A stretch of DNA of 64,000 bases from Eledone cirrhosa (GCA_964016885.1 OZ024741.1:147126001-147190000), one strand, 5' to 3'. Shown: positions 14,046-28,700, counted from the first letter of the stretch. Numbers and translations are program-made. The notes: generated from the sequence alone by a model not told the origin.

Positions 14046-16103
14046 TGAAAAAATTTTGAGTGAAGGTTTTCATAGAAATAGGAATATTTTAAAACCAGGT
14101 GTTTTGTATCATAAAACAAGAACAGTTTCCTGTTTGTATTGAAAGGAATAATTCTACATATCTCAGTTAAGAATGTGTTAACTCTTAATATCCAGTAATG
14201 ATTTAGCAGAAAATAGTTAAAAACTGATTTGTTAATTCAAATATTTATAGTATCTTTGCATATAAATGTTCATATTATCATTGTGAAAATTTGCAATATT
14301 AGAATAAAGGTTTTAACTTTTCATGTGATGTAGTCATAGTGCTGTTTGAAACTTTTGTACTAATGTGATACAGTCATAGTGCTGTTTTTTTTTTCAGTTT
14401 AATATCTCACTAATATGGTTTTATAAACTACAGTATGTTAAGAGCTACATTGACTGTTTGGAACTTTAACTGTGATAATAATTCAGCATGTGAGGATGTA
14501 TTTTATCTCCACTTAATGCTATTATAACACTTCCAAGCATTTTATGGTTAATGGAAGCATTATGCTACAGTTGGAAAAACTGGTCTCACAGTCTTACCTG
14601 AAGTCTTGAGTCTATATAACAAAAGTAAAAAGTTAAAATTTAAAGTCTGCCTTAAGCCTAGAGGTTAATTAAGAAAAAGTATATCCTTATTTCAGTAGCA
14701 TTAAGCAACAGAGAATACAAGCCTTTTGCATCCCTTGACAGGATGCTAGTTCTTTGCAGGTTTAACCTCCAACTGTAGCATGGCCACAGTCAAATGGCTG
14801 AAACCAGTAAATAAATAAATGAATAAATAGAATGTATATTTTGTGGGTTACACTTAAGGTTTGATAGGTGTGAATAATTGAGATGAATAATTGAGATTGA
14901 ATTGGTACTATATGACAAAGAATGGACCTTTGGTAGTTTCAATGGGTTGATCAACAGAACAGCCTACTAATGAAATTAATAGGTAGGTGGCTGAGCATTC
15001 TACAGACATGCATAGTTCATAGACTTATTGTGGAAGTGTTTTCTAATGAAATACGTTATATTTCAATTAAGCTTTGATGAATTTTGAGGGATTTACTAAA
15101 ATTATCAATCATTTAATTACTAATATAACTTAACATACAGTTCTCAAATAAAATTTATTTTAGATTTTAATTTATATAGGAATCCTTTAATATTAGTGGT
15201 TTATATTCAAAGAGCCAGAGCTGGTTTTGTGCAGTTTCGTATCAAAAGGGTGAACATAGTTCTTAGTGTGTGACATATCTAGTTGAATGATAGTTACAAT
15301 CCATTCAAAGGGCTTTAAAACAATGAATACCAAGGCAATTAACTCTTAACATCCTGTAATGATTTATCAGAATATGCCTAGAAACTGATTGGTTACATAA
15401 AATGTTTAATAGTATATTTACTACTGGACAGATTGTTGTAAAAAGTTGCAGTAAACTAAAGTAACAACTTAATGTCACATACTCATAGTGCTGTTTTGTA
15501 TTTTTCAAGAATGACTTGCTAAAGAGATTTCATATAGTATAAGATGCTCGAGTTAAATTGCAACTGTTGTAAATTAAATACAGGGATTAGAACTATAGTT
15601 ATAATAATGGGAAGAGTAAGCATGTATGATCTTGTTTGTAGCAAAGTATATTTTCAATGTTTGCTGATATCATCTCTATTCTAGACATAAACACTTTGTG
15701 AAAAAATCAACTCCAGTTTCAAATACATTAACTATCCAAAATTAATAGACCTCAGTAATCTCTGTCTTCCTCTAAACATATATGAGGGTAACATATATAC
15801 TTTTTATGAGGTTAAAGTTTTAACAGGAATTAATAAAAATAATCAACAACAAATAATACAAAATATTATAAGATTAGTTAAAGCCATAAAGCCTTGTTAA
15901 TATAACATATTGCAAACAAAATATCATAATACCAGAGACTATTGTTGGTTTTCTGGAATGTTTAATATATGAGAGTTAAATCTCCTACATAGATCCTTAA
16001 CATTGTCATTATTACCATTATCATTGTCATCATCATTACCATTATATATTCAACATCATTATAGTTGCAGTGAGGAGAAATAGACCTCAGCAACACCAAT
16101 TAA

Positions 16104-16289
16104 CCCTTTAGCATTTAAACCAGCTCTTTTTGAAACCATCCGTAACCAATAGCTCACACCAACACTAAGATATCATTCTTAAAATAAACAATAACATCAT
16201 CAAACTCTCATAAACTCGAGATTATGTTAGATAAAGCCTTTACCATGAAAATAGAATAGTATATATAGAGTAACGTAAATGCTAAAGGG
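16104..16289. mobile_element. piggyBac-like MITE
   Basis: 14-bp TIR ccctttagcattta / taaatgctaaaggg, TTAA on both sides (16100-16103, 16290-16293). Confidence 0.8.
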
Positions 16290-17159
16290 TTAAATAGTAA
16301 CCAATACCACATGCTGTTTTAGTTTACTGATATAAACTGTAACAGCATGACATTATCTTAGTTCTCAGTGGACTTAGCAATTGGGAGCTATCTGAACCAA
16401 AATCACAATCCAGTGCTAGTATTGCCATGTCATGAGCCCTTAACTTAATTGAGTTGTTGGGACAAATAGTAACATGTGGCATATCTTAACAGAACCCATC
16501 CTTTTCCAGGTATAAACACAGCCAATTTCTCCCAAGAGGAGGTCACTGAGAAAAAGACTGATCCCAGTGCTGGACAGGTACTTATTTGTTGACCTCAAAA
16601 AGATGAAAAGTAAAGTTGCCCTCAGCAAGATTTGAACTCATCTGAGAAAACTAGAACAATACTGCAACTTTTTCTAGCCAACAATCTACTAATTCTGTCA
16701 ATTTACTGCATGCTGCAGTACTGGTAACAGGCTATAAACCACCAACACATTAGCTACCTGTCCAGAAACCTGTTGATTCAGCCATTCACACTGGCACACT
16801 TAGGGAGTAGTTTCTTTCAACTGTATCTCCGTTAAAGGTTTTTTCAAAACTATTTCAGATTTATTTCAATATAAATTTGATGAACAGCTTTATGGACTTT
16901 CAAATAATCCAATTTAAACTTTTCACATTTATGAAGTCCCATAGCTTCACTAGGTACTTCTATAGCACATAAAAATCATACATTATTAGGTTAATTCTGA
17001 AATACAACCACTTTGTTAGGTCCAACTCTTGCTAGTAAACAAAATGGATGTTATAGGATAATTGTTTGAACGGTCTATCAATGGCTTAAGCTCATGGGAC
17101 AACTTTAAACTCAACACAGTAAAACTTGCCAATTTTATTATACTTTAAACTATTAGTGT

Positions 17160-17420
17160 GATGGCTTATGGCCTAGTGGTTAGGGTGTTTGGTTCACAAT
17201 CATATGATTATAGGTTCAATTCTTGGACCAAGCTACACATCATGTTCTTTATCAAGACACTTAATTTCCCATTGTTCCCATCCACTGAGCTGAAAAAACA
17301 AATGAGTTCCAGCAGCTAGGGGTTAACCCCACAATGAACTTGTGCCCTGTTCAGAGTGAAGTTTTGTATTCTCAGTCACCATTGAAATCAGGATGACATC
17401 TGGGCTGATCAACCTCTAGG
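17160..17420 (+). mobile_element. Older V-like tRNA-derived SINE
   Basis: tggcctagtggttagg (A box), ggttcaattc (B box), caagacactt domain. Confidence 0.6.
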
Positions 17421-17534
17421 CTCGGGAAAAACTTTGTTGATACAATTTAAGTGTCTGGGCTATTAACATAGCAGTGTTTAGCCATAGGATATGAACCACA
17501 ATCTTTTTGACTGATTTTCTGGTATTATATTTAT

Positions 17535-17925
17535 TTGGCAGTGGATTGGGAGTATCGGTAGAGGGTCAGACGCCATGCTTTGCAGCAAAGAGTTACAGCC
17601 ATTTATGGTCTGAGTTCAAATCCCGCCGAGGTAAACTTTGCCTTTCATCCTTACAGGGTCGATAAAATAAAGTACCAGTAATGTACTGGGTAATTGCTGG
17701 CCTTGTGCCAAAAGTAGAAACAATTATATTTATTTGGTGGATTGGCAGTATCGGTAGAGAATCAGACACCATGCTTTGCGGTATAGAGGTATGGCCCTTT
17801 ACGTTCTGAGTTCAAATCCTGCCGAGACTAAACTTTGTCTTTCATCCTTATGGGGTTGATAAAATAAAGCACCAGTAATGCACTGGGGTAATTGCTGGCC
17901 TTGTGCCAAAAGTAGAAACAATTAT
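17535..17925 (+). mobile_element. Tandem pair of Nin-domain SINEs
   Basis: Two head-to-tail copies (about 17535-17722, 17735-17925), each followed by attatatttatttgg. Confidence 0.85.
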
Positions 17926-18024
17926 ATTTATTTGGCTATCTACATTTCTCATGGTTGAGATAAAATTTAGAACATTAACTAGAGAAAGTTAAAAAAAGAA
18001 TAATTGGAAAATAATCAAAGTCAC

Positions 18025-18425
18025 AACCCTTTTCTTGCTATATTTCTAATAAATGTATTTCAATTTGTTTAGAGAATAATTTGTAAAATACTTCATGAAG
18101 AATTTTGAGAGATTTGCTAAAATTGTTTACTATTTTATGACTAAGATGGTATTTGTAACATAACAAATGGTTCATATAGAAAATTATGTTTGATGATTTT
18201 ATTTTAGATTGAACCCTTTAAAATGGGAGGGTTTTTTCATAGAACCAGAGCTGGTTTGGGCCAGGTTCATATCAAAAGGGTTAAACTGGTGTTTGGAATA
18301 TAACAAAAGGTTATTACATAAAATTATGGTGGAAGGTTTTAATATAAGTACCAACACTTTAAAACTGACAGTTTTGTGTCACAGAACAAGGAGTGGTTTC
18401 AGGCTGGTTGTTATCAATAGAGTTA
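18025..18425 (+). mobile_element. Second TTAA/CCC piggyBac-like MITE family with duplicated right part
   Basis: aaccctttt...atatttct start, atcaaaagggttaa end; relatives at 21635-21855, 21987-22388, 35381-36134, 50195-50290, 62490-62715(-). Confidence 0.6.
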
Positions 18426-18726
18426 ACAATGCAAAATCTGGAGGGAAAAAATATATTCTTCTATGGTCTGGCTTTATCAAGATTATAGTGATGATCTGAA
18501 AAAATTGAAATGTCAAGTAAATGGTAAACATCATCTAATCTATTGTGGCAGCTTTGTGAGAATAAATATGCCGGAATATTCAAATCATGCAGTTATATTA
18601 ACTTTTGACATTCTAGAAACTAGTGGTGACTGTTAATCTGTGGCAGGTGACATCTAATAAATACCATTTCTTTTATCTGCAGTTACCTCATAGATACTAG
18701 TATTATCTGCTCTTATTATTTGATAT

Positions 18727-18903
18727 TGGCAGTATCGGTAGAGGGTCGGACGCCATGCTTTCCAGCATAGTTACGTCCCTTTACGATCTGAGTTCAAATC
18801 CCGCCGAGGTTGACTTTGCCTTTCATCCTTACGGGGTCGATAAAATAAAGTACCAGTAATGCACTGGGTAATTGCTGGCCTTGTGCCTAAAGTAGAAACA
18901 ATT
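18727..18903 (+). mobile_element. Nin-domain tRNA-derived SINE, young copy
   Basis: A box, B box gagttcaaatccc, Nin/Deu-type core gcctttcatccttacggggtcgataaaataaagtaccag; nearly identical to 49270-49446. Confidence 0.9.
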
Positions 18904-19269
18904 ATTTGATAAAGTTAAGAAAGTTGCAGCTTTCTATACTATAAGTTCGAATCCCACTGAAATCAGATTTGCCTTTCATCCTTCCAGGGTCAATAAATTA
19001 AAACACTAGTTAAGTAATGGGCTTGATATAATCAACTTTCCCCTTCCCCCAAATGACTGGCCTTGTACCAATGCTAGAAATAATTATTTAATAAAATTGA
19101 ATGGTACTTTCTATAAGATCCAGAGCATCTTGGACTGTATCCCAAGCCAAATTTAATCCTTTTGAGGACCTAAGCACTTTAAAGATTATGGTGTCCCCAC
19201 CACCATTTTCATATATAAAGTCAGTGAAAAGATGTTTTGAAATGATAAATACATTTAATTTGAATAAAA

Positions 19270-19490
19270 CGATGCCCCTCTGCCCTTGATTAGCCCAGGC
19301 TTTGCTGCTTGTCAAGCCGAAAAGGACAAGCTGGCAAAGTATCAGTCACTCTTTGATAGGTTTGTGGTTGAATCTGTGGCAGTGAAAACTTCCTTGGACA
19401 TTGACCTTGAGCAGCAGTTGATATACTTTTCTAACATCAAAATATTAGCTGTTCACTTACTTGGGGAAATATCTAATGTCTGGTAGCAAG
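19270..19490 (+). pseudogene. CRE-clade-like LINE C-terminal restriction-like endonuclease fragment
   Basis: AACQAEKDKLAKYQSLFDRFVVESVAVKTS fits the A..AE..K..KY..L...F.P.AVET pattern. Confidence 0.55.
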
Positions 19491-20969
19491 TGAAATTGTA
19501 TAGATTGCTATGGAGAACAGATTTATCAAACAGTCTCTCCATTCACTAATAATACATCCTTTAAAAATTCACAGCAAATTTCTACCTACCATTCAAACCC
19601 AGTGCTGTATTTTAGGTTGACCCTAGCTTTGTGAGTGAAATTGAATATGTGGAGATTGTTTAAAACCTGTCAGAAGGATTGTAGCCATTAATTAATGGAC
19701 CTGCCTTAACACATATTGTGCATATTAATTTCATGAGCAGATAGTTCTGTTGGTTAAACAACTGGAACAGCCATTCCATGCGTATGTGTGTCCGCAGAAA
19801 TGCATGTCGGATTTGTGTCATCTTCTAGTATGTTAATGCAATCAATCTTGAATTGATAGCCTTTCCTATTAAGTCTACTGAAGATACAATTGACCAGTAT
19901 ACTCTGCAAAGCAGCAGTGCCTGTGCTTGACAAAATATACCCAGTACACTTTCTAAGGTGGTAGTGCCGGTGCCACAATAAAATGCACCCAGTCTATTCT
20001 GGAAAAGTAGTAGTGCTGGAGTCACAATAAAATACATCCAGTATGCTCTCTAAACTGGTTGCCACTAGGAAGTTCTAGAAGCAATGCAAAAACAGAATGT
20101 ATGAGCAAGATATGGTTCTCTGACCTGTCTAGTCTCAGACCATGACAACTCACTCAACCAGCATGGAAAACAGACATAAAACAATTATGATATATATATA
20201 TAAACATTCCATGCTTATATGTTTATATATTAATTATTTAGTCACCATTATTATTATTATTATTATTATTATTAGAGTAATTTTTTTAATTTTTTTAGAG
20301 TCCTTATATTTACATCCTTCTCTATTTTTATATTCTGTATTTGCATTAAAATATTCCTATGAAAACATCAATATTTGGTTGGTTGTTCATTTGATTTCTA
20401 TTTATGTGAATTGACAAATTTTAACAAAATTTTTTTACTTTTGCAATTGATTTGTTAACTTTTGTAACCACAGACATTGTGCTTCTTAAGATGCCTCTTT
20501 CTTCCTAACTTTCTTCCTAATTCATTCTATAAATTCTGAATGTACAGAGACACAAAATATCGTGTCAGTATATTTTCTTCAGCTTGTGGTATTTGTAATC
20601 ATAAGACTGCTGGGAAAAGAAAATTTCAGCTAATAATTGAGAAAAAGAAATTGAAAATTAAATTTACAGCTCACATATATGCTATTTTAGCTGGCCTCCT
20701 ACAAGGTTATATCTATAGTGTTTTAATTAAAGGGGCCCATATTCATATCACTAAATATATTTGTGTATATATTATGACCATCATCATCATCATATATATG
20801 TATATGTACATGTTGTTATAGCTCAAACCTATGCAGGTTTAGCTGGCCTCCTACAAGGTTGCTTCACATTGGAAGTTTCTCAGGGGCATTAATGCTAGGG
20901 GCCCTAGTCCTATCATGAAAATCAATGTCAAATGAAGTATCTTGCTCAAGAATACAACACACCACCCTT

Positions 20970-21292
20970 TCCAGGAATTGAACTTACGATCATATGAGTC
21001 CAGGAATTGAACCTACGATCATATGAGTCCAGGAATTGAACTTACGATCATATGAGTCCAGGAATTGAACCTACAATCATATGAGTCCAGGAATTGAACC
21101 TACAATCATATGAGTCCAGGAATTGAACCTACAATCATATGAGTCCAGGAATTGAACCTATGATCATATAAGTCCAGGAATTGAACCTACAATCATATGA
21201 GTCCAGGAATTGAACCTACAATCATATGAGTCCAGGAATTGAACCTACAATCATATGAGTCCAGGAATTGAACCTACGATCATATGAGTCCA
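20970..21292 (-). repeat. Minisatellite, 11 x 29 bp, expanded inside a V-like SINE head
   Basis: Unit tccaggaattgaacctacaatcatatgag with no spacers; flanks are SINE sequence (cttgctcaag; accattaagtcatgc). Confidence 0.95.
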
Positions 21293-22708
21293 ATATACTA
21301 ACCATTAAGTCATGCACCATTACAGTTTATAATTAACAAAATATAGAAACTTGCAAGCTCTCTTTCTCACTTTCTCTCACCCTCTCTATATCTCCCTCTC
21401 TATCCCCCCCTCTCTCTTTCTCAATGTGTATGACTGTATGTATGTGTGTGCATGTAAATGCATGATCAAAGGCATTCCAATCATGATTATTCTGTCTTTT
21501 TTCAGACATAGTGTATCTTAGAATGATGCTTTTCTTGTATCATATAATGGTAGGGTGTCATTTTAGAGGAAATTTGGCCACTACTTCTAGTAGAGCAAGT
21601 GGTCATACAGAAGCTTCACTGTGGCTCACATTTTTAAACCCTTTTGTTATCATATTTTTAATAAAAATAATTTTGAAAATAATCAAGAAATAAATTTTTC
21701 ATTCTCAAGCTGGTGTTTGGAACCTAGCTTAACAAAAAGTTCATACTTGAAATTATGATAGAAGGTTTTTAGATAAAAATAAACACTTTAAAATATACAG
21801 TTTTGTATCATAGAAGCAGATAGCAGTTTCAGGCAGTTTGGTATCAAAAGGCTTATGATATTTGTAGAAGCTAACATATAACCATATACACCTACTGGTT
21901 AAGATACAGTATGTGGGGGTGGATTGCAGCTGTGTGCTAACTGAAATGATGATAGTTTTTAATGTTTTAATCTTATTATCTACTCCTTAAACCTTTTGTT
22001 ACTATATTTCTGATGAAATACACTGCTTCAACTGATTAAATAAAAATTTTGAGAGATTCATTAAAGTTAGTATTTATTTCATTACTAAGATAGTAACTTA
22101 ATATATGATTCTTATACAACATTATGTTGGATAATTTTATTTTAAATAGTAACCCTTTAACATAGGTGGTTTTGTTTTATTGAACCAGAGTCATCTTTGG
22201 CTAGGCTGGTATCAAATGGGTTAATGAAAAGTTTTACTAAAATTATTATTTCATTACTAAGATAATAACTTAACATATGATTCTTATATAAAATTATGTT
22301 GGATGATTTTAATACAAATTTTAAAATGGGTGGTTTTGTTTTATAGATCCAGAGTTGATTTTGGCTGAGTTGGCATCAAAGGGGTTAATTATCTTACCAA
22401 CAGACAATCTTCCACTTCACATCTAACCCTTTCTTCCATTACCACTACCTTTCATGTGTTCCTTCTCTTCTCCCTCCTTAACACACTCTTTCTTTCCCTC
22501 TATTTCAGTTGAAACCTAATGTTCCATTACATATACAAAGCCTTCAGTAACTCCTTGTCCTCCTACCTCTCCACAATTCTACTTTCACACCTCTCCTACA
22601 CATCTCCTATTTCCCCCTATTTCCTATCTCTCTGTCTATGTGCCTCCCTCTCTCTTTGTTTATATATATCTGTTTTCCTACATTCCTCTCTTCCTCCTAA
22701 TAATAAGA

Positions 22709-22784
<76 letters not shown>

Positions 22785-23459
22785 TATCTATCTATCTATC
22801 TATCTATCTCTCAGTCTCTCTCACCACATTAACCCCCACTCTACTTTTCTTCCTTTCCCTTCAACTATCCACCTCCTCTTTCTGTCTATATTTAGTTTAT
22901 TTTATTATCAAATGTTTTAATTCTCTTTCCATTTATTTAGACTTCTATTAACATTCTGGATGGACAGTTTCCTAGATTTATAAACCAGATAAAACAGATA
23001 AAAACAGATAAAACAACTGTAGCAGCCAGAGGAACTGTTTATGGCTAATTTCACTGTTTAGTTTGAAATGGTCAGTCTAATATCATTTAGTAGTATACAT
23101 ACACACAAACACACACACAAACATTAATACATACACAGAGACAGACACACACAAACATAAACACACATGTGCATACACAAACATATGCATATATACATAC
23201 ACACACAATCACAGAAGCATGTGCACACACATACATACAAATGCACACACTTATATATGTATGTATATATATATATATATATATATATAATTATAGTTTA
23301 TTGGTGTGTACAAATTTAGTTACTATTGGTTCACTATTATATATATACATATATATATATATATGTATATATACATACACTTCTACAGCCATCACTCACA
23401 ATCAAGTATGACTTAGTAGTATGTATCATGCTTTTACTAAGGGTTTTAGGTGTTCGTGC

Positions 23460-23830
23460 AGTCATGAGCAAACACAGATATGTCTCAATCCTCTTTGCCT
23501 TGATCTAACAGAACATCCAGGGTCGTATCCGAAGCAACTATCCCTAATTGATCCAGTTAACCAACCATCTTGCTTGTGGTTTACTTCTGGGACTCCTGTC
23601 AGTTGGTTTTGACTGTAAACTCTATCCAGTAATTCTTTCCTTAGACATCTAACCGCATGTCTGTAGTACAAGTACTGTGATCTCTCAGTGGGAAGAAGTA
23701 GCAACTCTATTTGGAGTGACTCCTTGATCTTTGAGCTACACACTCCATGGAGTAACATTATTCCAGAAACCCTTCAGAGAAATCCCATTTTGGCCACTTG
23801 TATTTACAATCATATTCTTTTCGTCATTAT
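23460..23830 (-). pseudogene. Degenerate RTE-type LINE 3' fragment
   Basis: Similar to the fragment at 35510-35900; frameshifted C-terminal motifs. Confidence 0.45.
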
Positions 23831-24109
23831 GCAAGATTCATGACCTTACTGTAAAGTGGTCGTGTAGGTATCACAACAAAAAGCACCCAGTACTCACTGT
23901 AAATGAGGTTGGTGCTAGGAAGGGCATCCATCTGTAGAAACCAAGCCCAAATCGTTTCTGTATGAGTATGACATGGTCACCTGACCTGGCATTGCTCACA
24001 ACAGGCTAACTCATCTAACCCATGCCAGCATGGAAAACTGGATGTTAAATGGCAATGATGATATACACCTCCACATAAAGCAGAAAGCTGTTAAATCAGT
24101 CTAGACAGA

Positions 24110-24475
24110 TTGAGAACTATAGTATACAAAGTACTCATCAGGGTCTGATGCACTGTCAACACACTCAGAAGAGAAACTGCTTTTGGACAACCCTACCAAT
24201 ACTTCAGCTTCAGCATCAGTGTGAAGAAGACCAAAGAGTTAGACCAAGATGTCGAGCACCCTCCTGTCATTACACTCAACAAGGAGCTGCAGGTTATTCA
24301 AAAGTTAATATACATCAGTTCCATTATGATGAGCAGCTTCTCTCTAGAGTCTGAGATCAACAGACATATTAGAAGAATGGTTTCAACACAAGTCACTTTG
24401 AAAAAGAGATTCTAGGAGAAAAGCAAGTTAATGACACCCACTAAGTTTGCAGACTAGAAAGTGTACATCGTCAGG
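24110..24475 (+). pseudogene. Degenerate RTE reverse transcriptase fragment
   Basis: ELQVIQKLIYISSIM...LESEINRHIRR resembles the LE.V..F.YLGS...LD.EIN.RI motif. Confidence 0.6.
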
Positions 24476-25479
24476 AGTGAGGGAGAGAGACAAACAGACA
24501 GGCAGGTAAGCAGACAGATAGACAGATTGCTACATATAAACAGACAGAAAGTCAGACAGATAGTAAGACAGATATAGATAGAGGGATAGATAAATAGATA
24601 TAGAAGATAGATAGATTGTTAGATAGATAGATAGATAGTTTCACAGATAGATTAAGATACAAGCATGTAATTCTGTGGTAGTTGGTTTACAATAGCTTCT
24701 TATTGCTGTTGTCGTTATTGTTGTAGCTGTTGCTACAAATTTTCGTTTTTGTTGTTAGTGTTTGTTTTGTTTGTTATTTTTTCATATACTATTATCCTGT
24801 TAATGGAAGCTACTTTCGTGTTACAAGTTACTTATTTTGTTGGGATGTTGTTTCTTGGCAGTGAGTTAGATATTAGTATAGCTGAGGATAAGTGTATATT
24901 TGTGTATATGTGCGCGTGTACATGTGGGTGTGTTTGTGTGTGTTTTGTGTGTGTTTATGTATATGTGTGTATTTCTGTGTATATGTAATTGTTTGTGTGA
25001 GTACGTGGCTGTGTACACACGCATGTGTTATTTGTGTGTGTGTGTGTGTGCGTGCATGCACGCAAGTGTGTTTGTGTATGTGTTTGTGTGTGTTTGTGTG
25101 TGTTTGTATGCATTTGTGTGTTTCTTATTGGAAATATCTCAAATAAGGTCAGCTAGGTCAGTAATGTCATAGATCAATAAAAGGTTAAACATAGAAAGAG
25201 AAGCAACAATTTGACAAGAAGGAGCAGAACTTGCTGGAATTGAAGATATTTCATTTACCCTCTGCTGAAAGGTTAAAATCATATTTTCATTATTGATACA
25301 AGGCATTTTTAGTAATAATTTCAATTTTTCTGGCTATTAACCTCGGGTTTTGTGATTTTGTGTTTAACATTATATGTCACTTAGATCGATTCCATCCTCT
25401 CATATAAATCAATCCTTGACACGTGACCAGAGGATTTGATACCCCAACATTACTCCCATACAGAAAGTTTTAAATGTGT

Positions 25480-25883
25480 TGATGCTGTTCTCTTTCTATG
25501 TGATGACCCATATTCTCAGTCCTAGAGCACGACAGTTGGTACTTGTAATATAGAAGAACTTTATCTTTATTCTGCTTGGGATATTTTTGTTCCTCAAACA
25601 CTGATTTTTTATGAAAGGACAGGAACACAGCCTCTTTTCCACTTGTTGGTCTCTTGTCCGCTCAGATTACTGAGCCCATGTACTAATATGTGATATACAT
25701 CCCACATCACAATATGAGGAAGCAAGGCTGACAAAAGAGACAGTATTTAGAGCACAACCTGAAGCTGCTACATAACTGAGACTAGCTGTTTGAATCAGAT
25801 GATATCACCAGTGTGGATCAAGACCACATCAAGTGAAGGAAACCTGCAGCTATCTGTAACAACAGCCAAAAAATGATGATGAT
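25480..25883 (+). pseudogene. Degenerate RTE-type 3' end with (GAT)n tail
   Basis: Decayed C-terminal region ending aaatgatgatgat. Confidence 0.35.
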
Positions 25884-28084
25884 CTATGATACTTGATTTT
25901 ACCTTCTCTATGATCATATGGTAACTTCAATTCAGCTCTGCAAATAAACAAAAACTCATTTATTTGCACACTGTTTCTACTATCTACAATAATTAAATAC
26001 AGAAGCACAGCAATGATGAAGCAGTTCACTTCCACTTGCTAAGATATGTGTTCTTCTGTATTTAATCAAGTAACTACTCGTATGAGGGGGTGTAAAATTT
26101 CTTCTGGCCTCTCATGCCTACAAATTAAGGTGAAGCTACGAAAATTGTCTTTGAACTCCTCGTCCCTCCTCCCAGACACAGAGTAATTATTATGCCACTG
26201 GTAAAATATGTTTACAGATGTGACCTGTTTAACTCATATAGGTGTACTCAGTTAATTACATTTATGTGTTTTGATCACAAACTCAGTGCCAATGCTGGTG
26301 ACAAAATATGAACCATCAATGTTACATAGCTTAGAACCTGATATCTTATCTTGGTCAGCTGTAATTCTCATAAGATATTTAAAGTCAGTGTAAGGTTTAA
26401 AACACATTCATTCATTTCTTTCCTTAAATAATACACATGACATGTTCTGTCTAAATATATCATTAATCAACTATATGTGGCTAATTATTTAATTAAATTA
26501 TTAATTAAACGAATTGATTAATTCATTTAATTAATTGACAATTACTGGCTATTTAGCAACTACTTAGCTGACAAATACTTTCTGTACTGATTCTACTCAT
26601 ACAGGAAAGTTCTGTTGTCTGTGATGAGAGCTACGACCATGCATTTTATCAAATTAGAACATGATACAATAACATCATTTTCGGTCCACTTACCATGCTA
26701 GATGACTCATCATGACCCATGCCATATGTTATTTACAATGACTACCACCACATCAACTTAGGCTTAGGAATAAAATTGACTGCTATCTACAGTGAGCAGA
26801 CATTTTAATAGAAAGGAATGGGCTTCCATCAATTTTGAGTGTCCCAGTTGTTCACTCAACAGAATGGCTTGCTAGTGATATTAATGGGCAAGTGGTTGAG
26901 CCTTCTACAGATATGTGTACTTTTAATGTAATTCTTATGGGGAATCAGCATGTATTACAATGCTGGGCCTTTGAATTGCAGTTACAGTCCACTAAGCACT
27001 ATAGTGTAAATGACTGACTATTTCACAAACACATGTACCCTTAACATAATTCTCAGAGATTCAGAGTAGCACACTGTGTGAGATGATGTATAGTTCATCT
27101 GATGAGCTTTCAAACAGTTTCCATCTACCCACTTTCACTTACATGGCTTTGGTTAATGCAAAGCTATAGTAAATGACACTTGCCTGTGAGGTGTTGGTGG
27201 GGTATCAAACCTGGGATCTTGTGATTGCAAAGGAATATCCTTTATTCAGCCATACTGCATCCACATCTAATGAAGTATTAATCATATCTCCATTTAAAAT
27301 GACAGCCTTCACAGAACCTATATCAATAATATATACTTTTATCACAAGGTAACAAAGTAAAACAGGAAAAAAAATATAATTTATTTCCGTTTAAGAACAA
27401 GAAGAAGGAGAAGTTAATTAATTGGCTTAGAAATAAATAGATGTTCTACATAAATGTAATTGAACTATTTGTTAAAATATTTGTCGTGTTCTCTAATTGA
27501 CCAATATGTTTGTGACAAGAAATAATTCTTAAAATTTTAGAGAAAATTACAGTTCTCTCCTATTAAGTTAATTTGAAAATTAATTGTTGCAAATATTTCT
27601 TATTAGGATTGCTTTTATTTACAAATATCATCTGTGTGTGTGTGTTTTCATTTAGACTCAGGAATATTTGAATTCAAGTGTTTTAAAATCAAAGGCAATA
27701 AAAATAAAAATAAAATAAATATATAAAAATGAATTTATTAAATATATTTTCAATAACAGTTAAATGAGATTATTGTTTTGGTTGTGATTTAAAATTTATT
27801 AAAATTTTGCCAGGAATGGCTATATGGTTTCAGTGTTCGCTTCACAACTACATGGTTTAGGATTCACTCTCTCTGTGTGGCACCTTGAGCAAGTGTCTTT
27901 TACTTTAGCCTCAGTTTGATTAATGTGTTGTGAGGAAAACTTTTGTATATGGAAATTGCAGAAAGTCATTCAGAGAGAGAAAGAGAGTATTGTGTCTGTC
28001 CGTCTGTCTGTCAGTTCTCACTTGCATTGGTTTGACAGATCCTTTTCAGTACAGCATCACTCTACTTGTTGCGTTCCTTTGTCA

Positions 28085-28700
28085 TCTACACCCTACCACC
28101 CCAAATTATATAGCATTCAGCAACCACCAAAAGCTTTCTAAGCATAACTCCTCTAAAAGCATCATTGATACATTACAACATAATCCACCTAATACCAACT
28201 CCACTAACATAGGTAATGCTTCAAATGTAAGTACACTGAACTGACCAAGGGACAGCAGTGGGAATTCCCTAAATCCCTCAGAAAACTCTACTCCTTCCTC
28301 TAACATAAACTGTAACTGTACAGTTCCCACTGATTGTCCTCTTAATGGATTCTGTCTAATAAATAACATGGTATATAAATGTACTGTAAGAACACAACAC
28401 TCTACTTGTTCCTATATTGGAGCCACAGCTAATTCATTTAAGACCCAATATAATTCCCACTTACCCTCATTTAAAAATAATATGCTTAAGTACATTACTT
28501 CCTTAGCACAATATATAACTAATCTAATTGAGTCTAAAACTAGCTATAAACTCCAATGGGAAATTTTAGATAATGCTACTCCCAATAAGGGCAATAAGGT
28601 GACTCTCAGAGGCATATTTTATCACAATGTCAGCCACATTTCCTTTGAATACTAGGAACGAACTGGTAATCAATTGTTCACATCGCCTCTCTTATTCATT
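28085..28700 (+). mobile_element. Penelope-like element fragment, GIY-YIG endonuclease
   Basis: CNC...CPLNGFC preceding MVYKCTV...CSYIGATANSFKTQYNSH...TSLAQYI...LQWEIL. Confidence 0.8.

Noticed and set aside
20970-21292. CRISPR-like array of 29-bp repeats
   Set aside because: Units are contiguous with no unique spacers, derive from a SINE head, and there are no cas genes in this eukaryotic DNA.
26075-26165. Mariner-like TIR remnant
   Set aside because: Only about 8 loosely matching bases at each end; not supportable.
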